Shown here piece after piece: positions 18,130-25,863 of a stretch of DNA of 64,000 nucleotides. Under the pieces are notes generated by a model, which saw nothing but the letters and a program-made list of their open reading frames with translations, did no database searches and was not told where the DNA came from. The translations under genes and the position numbers were made by a program. Each line of letters starts with the position of its first letter. Positions within the stretch are counted from its first letter, which is position 1. The stretch spans positions 10,405 to 74,404 of the forward strand of contig CAZZHK010000014.1 of the NCBI GenBank assembly GCA_964653725.1, written 5' to 3'. The stretch comes from an uncultured Planctomycetales bacterium. Lineage in GTDB: Bacteria; Planctomycetota; UBA1135; CAZZHK01.

Positions 18130-19977
18130 CTAGAAGGGGAAGCTGGGCAGGATCCACTTCTTGAAATCGCTGTAGGTCACGAATGCGATCAGGCTCAGCA
18201 GCAGCATGAGACCGATCATCTGGGTGGCGCCCATGACGCGCTGACTTAGCGGCTTGCCCTTGATCTTCTCGATCAGCAGGAAGACAAGGTGGCCCCCGTC
18301 GAGGATGGGCACAGGCAGCGCATTGAGCAGAGCCAGGTGCACGGACAGGATTGCCAGGAAGAACAGCAGCTTCACCAGGCCACTGCGGGAGTGCCCGTAT
18401 GAGACGACACCGATCGTGATGATGCCGCCCAGGTTGTCGGCGCTGATCTCGCGCCCGATCACCTTCTTCAGGCTGATGGCCGCGTCCTGGAGCATGTGGA
18501 GGCTGGAGCGCCAGCCCTGGGCGATCGCTGCCACCATGCCTTCCTTGCGCACGATGGTCTGGTCCAGGCGCAGGCCCAGCCCGTAGAGCAGCTGGCGCGG
18601 GGGCCGCGGCGCCACCGTCACCGTGAAAACGCCCTCTCGTCCGGGCCGATGCACAAGCAGGTCCAGCGTCGGATTCAGGCTCGCCACCGCATGCAGCCGA
18701 TCCCGCAGATCGTTCCAGGAAGCGACCACTTCGCCGTTCACCTGGCGGATCTCGTCGCCGTCACGCAGTCCTGCGCCCTCGGCCGGTGCGCCCGGTGTGG
18801 CCGAGACCCTGGTGGAGGCGGCCGCCATGCCGAGTGCCACCGTGTCCAGCGTGCGAAGGGCCGCCCCTGCAGGCAGCAGCACCATGCGCACCGTGCCGTC
18901 TTCTCCTCTGACCGACAACTCGGTCGGACTGCCATCGGACTCCGTCAGGGCGGCTCGGAAGTCCGCGGGATCCAGGGTCGTCCGGCCGGCCGCGGTCAGT
19001 ATCTCGTCGCCCACCAGCAAGCCGGCCGCCTGAGCTGGGCTGCCGCCATCGGGAAACGCTGTGACCAGCGCCACCGAGGCACCCACACCGACCTCGAAGT
19101 CGCCGCGGACCGCCTTCTCCTCGGGCGTCACCCGGGTCGGTGCAAGGACGCGGCCGTCCCGCTCGACAACCACATCGATGGGCTCGCCATGTGCTGTCGC
19201 CAAACCCCACAGACGCCGGGCATTGCGAACGTCCAGCGCGGCCCCATTGATGGAGACCAGACGGTCCCCGGTCGCCAGACCCGCCTGGTCCGCCGGCTGC
19301 TCCGGCGTGATGTCCAGAGGCAGGCCGGCTGCCAGCGAGGGCCGGATGCCGGGGTCGGGGATGCCGCCTGAAAGGTCTTCCGGACCGAACCGGAGAAACA
19401 GGGGCTCGAGGCCTCCTTCCGGCTTCCTCAACAGCAGCTGGACCCCTTCCGATGAAGCGAGGGCCATGGCGGATCGGAGTTCCAGGAACCCCTGGACCTC
19501 CTTGCCGTTGATTTCGACGATCGTCGACCCCACCGGAACGCCGGCCCGCCACGCCGCCCCTCCCGGAACCGTGTCGCCCACGGAGGGAGAAATGAAGGGC
19601 ACCCCGATCCGGAACAGGATCGGCAGCAGGATCAGCGCCAGCAGCAGATTGGCAAGCACCCCGGCCGAGAAGATCCAGAACCTGGCGCCGACGGACTTGT
19701 TCGGCAACGCTCCTTCGTCGTCAGGGTCAACCCCGTCCTCGCCCTCTCCGGCCATCTTCACATAGCCTCCCAGGGGAATGGCGCTGATCCGGTATTCCGT
19801 GTCCCCGCGCGTGCGCTGGACCAGACACGGCCCGAAGCCCAGGGAGAAGACCTCGACGCGGACTCCGAACTTGCGGGCCATCAGGAAGTGGCCCAGCTCG
19901 TGGAAGAAGATCAGGAAGCCCACGCCGACGACGACCTGGGTCACTCCCCACGCTCCGCTCCAACTGAGGGCGATCAC
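18130..19977 (-). CDS. rseP: RseP-type site-2 (M50) zinc metalloprotease with four PDZ-like modules
   Basis: HELGHF lies in the first TM helix. The C-terminal segment reads NLGGIITIG...LNALPVPILDGGH. Four G.x.GD.I..xNG PDZ-like segments lie between them. It is GTGA-coupled to dxr, the usual dxr-rseP neighbourhood. Confidence 0.85.
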   Translation of the reverse strand: MIALSWSGAWGVTQVVVGVGFLIFFHELGHFLMARKFGVRVEVFSLGFGPCLVQRTRGDTEYRISAIPLGGYVKMAGEGEDGVDPDDEGALPNKSVGARFWIFSAGVLANLLLALILLPILFRIGVPFISPSVGDTVPGGAAWRAGVPVGSTIVEINGKEVQGFLELRSAMALASSEGVQLLLRKPEGGLEPLFLRFGPEDLSGGIPDPGIRPSLAAGLPLDITPEQPADQAGLATGDRLVSINGAALDVRNARRLWGLATAHGEPIDVVVERDGRVLAPTRVTPEEKAVRGDFEVGVGASVALVTAFPDGGSPAQAAGLLVGDEILTAAGRTTLDPADFRAALTESDGSPTELSVRGEDGTVRMVLLPAGAALRTLDTVALGMAAASTRVSATPGAPAEGAGLRDGDEIRQVNGEVVASWNDLRDRLHAVASLNPTLDLLVHRPGREGVFTVTVAPRPPRQLLYGLGLRLDQTIVRKEGMVAAIAQGWRSSLHMLQDAAISLKKVIGREISADNLGGIITIGVVSYGHSRSGLVKLLFFLAILSVHLALLNALPVPILDGGHLVFLLIEKIKGKPLSQRVMGATQMIGLMLLLSLIAFVTYSDFKKWILPSFPF

Positions 19978-21116
19978 AGCGCCGCCTCCTCACGGGCCCA
20001 TGCGTCGGCATGGAACAGCGAGGCCCGGTCCAGCTGCTGAACCTCGGGCCTGCGGTCCAGCAGATCGCTGCATCGGCGCGTAATCATCGGGTACGAAATC
20101 TGACCATCCAGGAAGCGTCCTACAAGGACTTCATCGGCTGCATTCAGCACAGCACCTGAGGTTCCTCCCTCCTCGATGCAGCGAAACCCCAGGTCGATCG
20201 CCGGAAACAGGTCCCGGTCCGGCTCCTCGAACGTCAGGTTGCTGAAGGCCTCGAGGTCGAACCCCCGAAGGCCTGTGTCCACCCGGCCAGGATGACCCAG
20301 CGCACCAGCAATGGCCACGCGCATGTCCGGGACGCCCATCTGCGCCATGACGGAACCGTCCACGAACTCGACCATCCCGTGGACGATGCTCTGGCGGTGG
20401 ACCACGACCTCGATCTGCCCGGGATCGAAGCCGAACAGGTAGTGCGCCTCCATGATCTCGAGGGCCTTGTTCATCATGGTGGCCGAATCCACCAGGATCC
20501 TCGGCCCCATGTCCCACGTCGGATGATTGAGGGCCTGCTCGGGCGTGACCGACTCGAGATCTGCCGGATCGTGGTCCCGGAACGGTCCGCCGCTGGCTGT
20601 CAGGATCATGCGCCGGACCTTTGAACGGTCTTCGCCGCGCAGACACTGGAAGATGGCGGCGTGCTCTGAATCCACAGGCACGATCGGGACGCCGGCCTCT
20701 TCCGCCTGCCGGCACAGCAGGGGTCCCGCCGCCACTACGGATTCCTTGTTCGCCAGGGCCAGGGGTCGGCCCCGTTCAACGACCGCAAACGTGGGCTTGA
20801 TGCCCGCGGCACCTGTAATCCCGTGCAGGGCGATGTCGAAGTCGCATTCGGCGATCATCTGGAGCAGGCCTTCCTCCCCCTCATGCACGTGCACCGCCGG
20901 ATCCACGACCGCGCGGAGCCTGTCCGCCGCCTCGGTGTCCGCCAGGCATGCGTGCCTGGCCCCTGTGGCTGCCACCTGTTCGGCCAGCAGTTCCCAGCGC
21001 GTACCGGCAGCCAGCGCACTCACGGCAAACGCTCCTCCCGAACGCTGGACCACGTCCAGCGTCTGCACCCCTACGGACCCGGTGCTCCCCAGCACCAGAA
21101 GACTGCGCATGTCCAT
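19974..21116 (-). CDS. dxr: 1-deoxy-D-xylulose-5-phosphate reductoisomerase
   Basis: The N-terminus reads M(D)MRSLLVLGSTGSVGVQTLDVV, with LANKESVV, VDSEHAAIFQCL, ILTASGGPFR, ALNHPTWDMGPRILVDSATMMNKALE further in. I prefer the internal start at 21116 or 21110. The 649-aa ORF extension is antisense to purM. Confidence 0.9.
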   Translation of the reverse strand: MDMRSLLVLGSTGSVGVQTLDVVQRSGGAFAVSALAAGTRWELLAEQVAATGARHACLADTEAADRLRAVVDPAVHVHEGEEGLLQMIAECDFDIALHGITGAAGIKPTFAVVERGRPLALANKESVVAAGPLLCRQAEEAGVPIVPVDSEHAAIFQCLRGEDRSKVRRMILTASGGPFRDHDPADLESVTPEQALNHPTWDMGPRILVDSATMMNKALEIMEAHYLFGFDPGQIEVVVHRQSIVHGMVEFVDGSVMAQMGVPDMRVAIAGALGHPGRVDTGLRGFDLEAFSNLTFEEPDRDLFPAIDLGFRCIEEGGTSGAVLNAADEVLVGRFLDGQISYPMITRRCSDLLDRRPEVQQLDRASLFHADAWAREEAAL

Positions 21117-21176
21117 ATCGATCGGTACTCTAGGACGAATCATGACGGACACAAGGTGCGCGAAAAAAACCGCCGG

Positions 21177-22211
21177 ATGACAGGCAACCCCATCTCCTAC
21201 AAGGACGCAGGCGTCAACATCGATGCCGCCGAGGCTGCCCTCGAGGACGCTCGCTCGAAGATCAGGGCCACGTTCACGGAGGGGGTCGTGGGGGACGTCG
21301 GCGCCTTTGCAGGTCTCTTCCGGCCCGACTTCTCGGGCATGCAGGATCCGCTCATCGCCGGTTCCGCCGACGGTGTCGGCACCAAGCTGCTGGTGGCCCT
21401 CGCGGCGGGGCGCCACGACTCCATCGGCCGCGACCTGGTCAACCATTGCGTCGATGACATCCTGGTGCAGGGCGCCCGCCCCCTGTTCTTTTTCGACTAC
21501 ATCGGGACCGGCAGGCTGGACCCGGTCGTTTTCGACCAGGTACTCGACGGATTGGCCGAGGCCTGCAAGGAGAACGGCTGCGCTCTGCTCGGCGGCGAGA
21601 CCGCGGAGATGCCCGGCGTGTACCCGGGCGACGAGTACGACCTGGTCGGCTTCATCGTCGGCATGGTGGACCGGGAGAGCATCCTGGACGGCACAAAGGT
21701 CTCCGTCGGCGACCGCCTCCTGGCCCTGCCCTCCACCGGACTGCACACAAACGGCTACAGCCTGGCCCGGCGCATCGTGTTCGAGCGGTTGGCACTCGGC
21801 GTGGACGACGAGATGCCCGGCACGGGGCGGACCGTGGCCGACGCCCTGCTTGAGCCGCATCGCTCCTATCTGGATGCGGTCAGCCCCCTTCTGGCCGATC
21901 CGGGGCTGCACGCCATGGCCCACATCACCGGCGGCGGCCTGCCCGGCAACCTGGTCCGTCCCCTGCCCGAGGGCCTGGGCGCGCGGGTCGACCGGTCCAC
22001 ATGGACCGTGCCCGGCCTCTTCCGCACGCTTGTCGATGGGGGCCAGGTGCCCGACGAGGACGCCTGGCGCACATTCAACATGGGTGTCGGCCTGGTGCTG
22101 ATCGTGGCCGAGGATGCCGCCGACCGGATCGCCGATGCACTGAGTGCATCAGGGGAGGAGCCTTGGGACCTCGGAACCGTCGAGGCGGGCAAGGGACTGT
22201 CCTGGGCATGA
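21177..22211 (+). CDS. purM: Phosphoribosylformylglycinamidine cyclo-ligase (AIR synthetase)
   Basis: The sequence MTGNPISYKDAGVNIDAAEA...GAFAGLF...GSADGVGTKL...DLVNHCVDDILVQGARPLFFFDY...GGETAEMPGVY is a clear PurM match. The internal ATG at 21177 fits the conserved N-terminus. Confidence 0.9.
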   Translation: MTGNPISYKDAGVNIDAAEAALEDARSKIRATFTEGVVGDVGAFAGLFRPDFSGMQDPLIAGSADGVGTKLLVALAAGRHDSIGRDLVNHCVDDILVQGARPLFFFDYIGTGRLDPVVFDQVLDGLAEACKENGCALLGGETAEMPGVYPGDEYDLVGFIVGMVDRESILDGTKVSVGDRLLALPSTGLHTNGYSLARRIVFERLALGVDDEMPGTGRTVADALLEPHRSYLDAVSPLLADPGLHAMAHITGGGLPGNLVRPLPEGLGARVDRSTWTVPGLFRTLVDGGQVPDEDAWRTFNMGVGLVLIVAEDAADRIADALSASGEEPWDLGTVEAGKGLSWA

Positions 22212-22660
22212 TCCTGCTGGCCGCCGCCATGGCCCTCCTGGGCCAGGACGCCTCCTCTGATGCTGTCCTGCTGGAACGCGGGAAGCGGTTGCTGCTCTCC
22301 GGCCGGGTCGAAGGCGTGGCCTGGATACGCCACGTGAAGGGCCCCGGGGCACCCCGCTCCCTCGCCCTGGCGCTGCGCCAGGCTGGCCGGACCGGCGAGG
22401 CATTGTCGATCTACGCGACCCTTCCCGGCGCCGACGTCGACCGGGGACTCTGCCTGCAGGGGGTCGGACGCTGGCCCGAGGCGATCGCCGCCTTCCGCTC
22501 TGACGCCGCAGGACCGTGGGGATCGGTGAACCTGCGATGGATCGCGCTCCACCGGCCAGACGCCCCGGTGGGCGACACGGGGCCCGCCGCGGCTGCACCC
22601 GGATGGGAAAGGCGGCTATGGGCCCTGGAGCGGCTTTCCGCCCCCCCGCGCCACGACTAG
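22208..22660 (+). CDS. Hypothetical exported protein (TPR-like?)
   Basis: The ATG at 22208 overlaps the purM stop (ATGA). It has a hydrophobic N-terminus (MILLAAAMALLG). I recognise no family. Confidence 0.4.
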   Translation: MILLAAAMALLGQDASSDAVLLERGKRLLLSGRVEGVAWIRHVKGPGAPRSLALALRQAGRTGEALSIYATLPGADVDRGLCLQGVGRWPEAIAAFRSDAAGPWGSVNLRWIALHRPDAPVGDTGPAAAAPGWERRLWALERLSAPPRHD

Positions 22661-22672
22661 GATCCACCGCGG

Positions 22673-23899
22673 ATGAAGCCTCTCCTCGCCCTCCTTCTCC
22701 TCGCTGTGCCCCTGGACCAGGCTGACCCGGTCCTGTCCTCGAGGGAGACTCAGCAACTGGGCAAGGCCATCGCAGGCTACTTCACCTCGCTGGACGAGGA
22801 CGAGGGCAGCATCAAGGCCCTGGACGGGGTGTTCAAGGTCATGAAATCGCTCCAGAAGAAGCACAAGGTCGACGACCTGCTGTCTCTTCCCTACGACTGG
22901 CAGGGCGCCTTCGAGCTGGCCATGCCGTATGCGAAGACGGGCCTGCGCAAGGCGCGGGTCGTGGAAGGCGAGATGGAAGGATCGCAGGTCTTCGGCTATC
23001 AGGTGCGCCTGCCCAAGTCCTACAAGGCCGACAAGGCCTGGCCCCTGGTCCTCTACCTGGTCCCCAACTCCGCCTACACCGATCTGAAGGATTCGCTGGG
23101 GCAGGCTGCCAAGGAAACCGACGCCTTCGAGGAATTGATCCTCATTGCACCCAGGCTGTCCGATGAGTCGGAATGGACCGAGTCCATCGCATTGGGCTCC
23201 GCCCTGTCCCCCCTGGGCTCAGCCCTGATGGCGTACCACGCGGACCACGACCGGATCCACGTGGTTGCAGCTCCGGGCACCGGGGTCCTGGCCATGCGCC
23301 TTGCGGTCCTGTTCCCGGGGCGGTTTGCCTCCGTTTCGTTCATGGAAGAGCCCGGGGACTGCGCCAGTCCCGCCAACCTGTCCAATCTGGCTGTGCTGGC
23401 CGGCGGGGCCGGCGCGGCTGCCCTCGAAGGACAGATGGGCGAAGCCGCAGGCCGTCTGGAAGTGCGGGACGATCCGCCAGCGGACCTGGCCGCCGTCTGG
23501 TCCTGGGCCGTCACCCAGGTGCGCAACTCGTATCCGACCCGCGTCACCTATCGCATGGCGGAGCCAGTCGGACGGGAGGCCTTCTGGGTGCGTGCCGCCT
23601 CGTTCGACTGGCGGGAGGACGCCGAAGTCTCTGAGCGGCCCGGGCTGACCGCCGAAGTAATCGACCGCAGCCGCATTGTCCTGGACTGCCAGGGGATCAC
23701 AGCCGTCAACGTCTATCTGTCCGACGCGCTCCTGGACCTCGACAAACCGATCACCATCGAGGCCAACGGCTCCGTGTGGACGGGCCAGGTCGAGCGCAAT
23801 GTCGAGAAGGCCCTGCAGCTGGTGTACCGCTCGAACGACACGCGGTTCGTCTACGCCAACAGCCAGTACATCGAGGTCCCGGAGAAGAGCGACGATTGA
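22673..23899 (+). CDS. Hypothetical secreted protein, alpha/beta-hydrolase-like core lacking the GxSxG nucleophile
   Basis: It has a signal peptide (MKPLLALLLLAVPL). An esterase-like strand pattern is present (PLVLYLVPNSAY ... IHVVAAPGTGVLAMRLAV), with AAPGTG where GxSxG is expected. Confidence 0.5.
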   Translation: MKPLLALLLLAVPLDQADPVLSSRETQQLGKAIAGYFTSLDEDEGSIKALDGVFKVMKSLQKKHKVDDLLSLPYDWQGAFELAMPYAKTGLRKARVVEGEMEGSQVFGYQVRLPKSYKADKAWPLVLYLVPNSAYTDLKDSLGQAAKETDAFEELILIAPRLSDESEWTESIALGSALSPLGSALMAYHADHDRIHVVAAPGTGVLAMRLAVLFPGRFASVSFMEEPGDCASPANLSNLAVLAGGAGAAALEGQMGEAAGRLEVRDDPPADLAAVWSWAVTQVRNSYPTRVTYRMAEPVGREAFWVRAASFDWREDAEVSERPGLTAEVIDRSRIVLDCQGITAVNVYLSDALLDLDKPITIEANGSVWTGQVERNVEKALQLVYRSNDTRFVYANSQYIEVPEKSDD

Positions 23900-23909
23900 C
23901 GCGGGACCG

Positions 23910-25385
23910 GTGAACCGCACCGGCGTCGCGCTCGGCCTGGTCGTCTTCGTGGGAGGCTTTGCCTCCCTGGCCTTCGAACTGCTCGCGGTCAGGCTGATGG
24001 CGCCGTATTTCGGCACCACCCCCGCGATCTGGACCAACGTGATCGCCGTGGTTCTGGGCGCCCTGGCGCTGGGCTACGCCGTGGGTGGTCGTATGGCTCC
24101 CTCCACCGGGATGCTCGTGCACGTGACCATGGGCGCCGCCGTGCTGGCCGCCTTGGCCCCTCCAGGGATCGTCTGGCTGGCTCCCTTCTTCCTGCCTGAG
24201 GGGCTCATGCTCGAGGACGCGTCCCGCATCCTCTCCGGCGGATCCCTGTCCGCCTCCTGTCTGCTCTTCGGACCCCCGGTGTTCCTGCTCGGCTGGATCG
24301 CTCCGGTCGCGATCCGCCTGGAGCCATCTGCATCGGCCGCAGGACGCGTCCTGGCCCTGTCCACGCTCGGCGGACTGCTGGCGGTTTTCGTGATCAACCG
24401 TTGGCTGGTGCCCCAGTGGGGCAGCCGGACCACCTTGTACGCCACCTCCGCGGTGCTGGCCGGGTCTTCACTCTGCCTGCGCTTCTCTCCGGGTTCCATC
24501 GCCTGCGTCACGGCATTGGCCGTGGCAGGCTTCCTGGCACCGGCGGTCACCGGCACCACCCCGCCCCCCGGAGGACGGATCGCGGCGGCGGTGGAGACCC
24601 CCGTCCAGTTCGCGCGGGTCATCGAATTCGAGGACGGCCGCCGGTGGCTGCAGGTCAACGAGGCCCTCGATTCGTTCCAGTCCGTCCAATCCGGGGCAGC
24701 GACGACCGGCGGCCTCTACTACGACGCCTTGGCGGTGGCAGCGGGGCTGACAGGCGCATCATCTCCACGGGTGGTCATTCTCGGCCTGGGCGCAGGAAGC
24801 GTTGTCCCCGCACTGCACGCCGCATGGGGGGCCCGCGTCACCGGCATCGAGATCGACAAGGGGCTGCTCAACCTCGCTCGCCGCGAGATGGGGCTCGCGG
24901 AACTCGAGGCGGCCGGCCTCCAGGTCGTCGGAGGATGGGACGCACGCGTCTTCCTGGACAGGGCGGCCGGCCTGAACCACTGGGACGTGGTCCTGTTCGA
25001 CGCCTACCGCAATCAGGTCGACATCCCCTGGACCCTGGTCTCCGGCGAGGCGTTCCAGGCAGCGAAGGCCGCTCTCGCACCGGGCGGCGTACTCGCCCTG
25101 AACATCGGCGCACTGGGACCGGCAGACCCGGTCCTCGCCGCCGTCGCATCCACAGCACGCTCCGTCTTCGGGTCGGTGGCGGCCTACGCGGTGCGCGACC
25201 AGAGAAACGTCCTCCTCGTCGCACCGGACCGCGACCTCCGCCAGGTCGCCGACGGCACGCCCCTGGAGGCCGCCGCCCGGAATCTGCGGCGGCTCCACCT
25301 GGTCCCTGGACCCATCCTCCGGGACGACCAGCCGATCCTGGAGACTCTGCAGGCGGAGTCGATGCGCAGGGGCCGCGACGGATGA
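23910..25385 (+). CDS. Polytopic membrane protein fused to a spermidine-synthase-like methyltransferase domain
   Basis: The N-terminus has ~7 hydrophobic spans (GLVVFVGGFASLAFELLAVRLMAPYFG...). The C-terminal Rossmann region reads VVILGLGAGSV...TGIEID....DVVLFDAY...IPW.L.S.EAF. I chose the GTG start at 23910; the ORF upstream of it overlaps the previous gene. Confidence 0.7.
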   Translation: MNRTGVALGLVVFVGGFASLAFELLAVRLMAPYFGTTPAIWTNVIAVVLGALALGYAVGGRMAPSTGMLVHVTMGAAVLAALAPPGIVWLAPFFLPEGLMLEDASRILSGGSLSASCLLFGPPVFLLGWIAPVAIRLEPSASAAGRVLALSTLGGLLAVFVINRWLVPQWGSRTTLYATSAVLAGSSLCLRFSPGSIACVTALAVAGFLAPAVTGTTPPPGGRIAAAVETPVQFARVIEFEDGRRWLQVNEALDSFQSVQSGAATTGGLYYDALAVAAGLTGASSPRVVILGLGAGSVVPALHAAWGARVTGIEIDKGLLNLARREMGLAELEAAGLQVVGGWDARVFLDRAAGLNHWDVVLFDAYRNQVDIPWTLVSGEAFQAAKAALAPGGVLALNIGALGPADPVLAAVASTARSVFGSVAAYAVRDQRNVLLVAPDRDLRQVADGTPLEAAARNLRRLHLVPGPILRDDQPILETLQAESMRRGRDG

Positions 25386-25804
25386 CCGGGGTGGTGCTCG
25401 CCTTGCTCCTGTACATCCCGGTGGGGGGGCAGGACACCCAGGACTGGCAGCGCCTGGCCCTCCAGGCCGTCGAGGAAAGGGACACGGAGGGCTTCGAGCA
25501 GGCCGCCCGGCAGATCCGCACGGTCGAGGGCGATCCGCCCTGGCTCCGAATCGCGGAAGGTGACCTGCACTGGTGGACCGGACGGCATCACGATGCCATG
25601 GACGCCTGGGAGGCCGCCGCCGCCACAGCCGGACCGCGGCTGGCAGCCGGGCTCGAAGAGCGTGCGCGCATGGCTGCCGAGCGACGCGCCTATGAGCAGC
25701 GTCTGCATACGGCAAGGCGACGGGCCCGGGCAGGATCTGCCTGCGCCGGTGCCGTCCTCGTGCTGCCGTGGCTTGCCTTGACGCGGAGGCGCCACCGGTC
25801 CTGA
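25382..25804 (+). CDS. Hypothetical small membrane-anchored protein
   Basis: It overlaps the preceding gene by ATGA and has hydrophobic segments at both the N- and C-terminus. I recognise no family. Confidence 0.4.
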   Translation: MTGVVLALLLYIPVGGQDTQDWQRLALQAVEERDTEGFEQAARQIRTVEGDPPWLRIAEGDLHWWTGRHHDAMDAWEAAAATAGPRLAAGLEERARMAAERRAYEQRLHTARRRARAGSACAGAVLVLPWLALTRRRHRS

Positions 25805-25807
25805 AAC

Positions 25808-25847
25808 GGAGAACGGGCGCCCCGGCCTGAGCCGGAACGCCCGCTCC
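25808..25847. terminator. GC-rich bipartite hairpin between convergent genes (possible bidirectional terminator)
   Basis: GGAG(aa)CGGGCG pairs with CGCCCGCTCC, and an inner CCGGC-ctga-GCCGG stem-loop sits between them. It lies between a + gene ending at 25804 and a - gene ending at 25864. There is no U-tract. Confidence 0.35.
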
Positions 25848-25863
25848 TTGTCTGGTCTCCGGT

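Noticed and set aside
19974-22211. The full 649-aa (minus) and 462-aa (plus) ORFs as given in the track for dxr and purM, which would overlap each other by ~1.1 kb.
   Set aside because: Conserved N-termini (MRSLLVLGSTGSVG for Dxr; MTGNPISYKDAGV for PurM) begin at internal starts (21116/21110 and 21177). The extensions are antisense read-through of the neighbouring gene.
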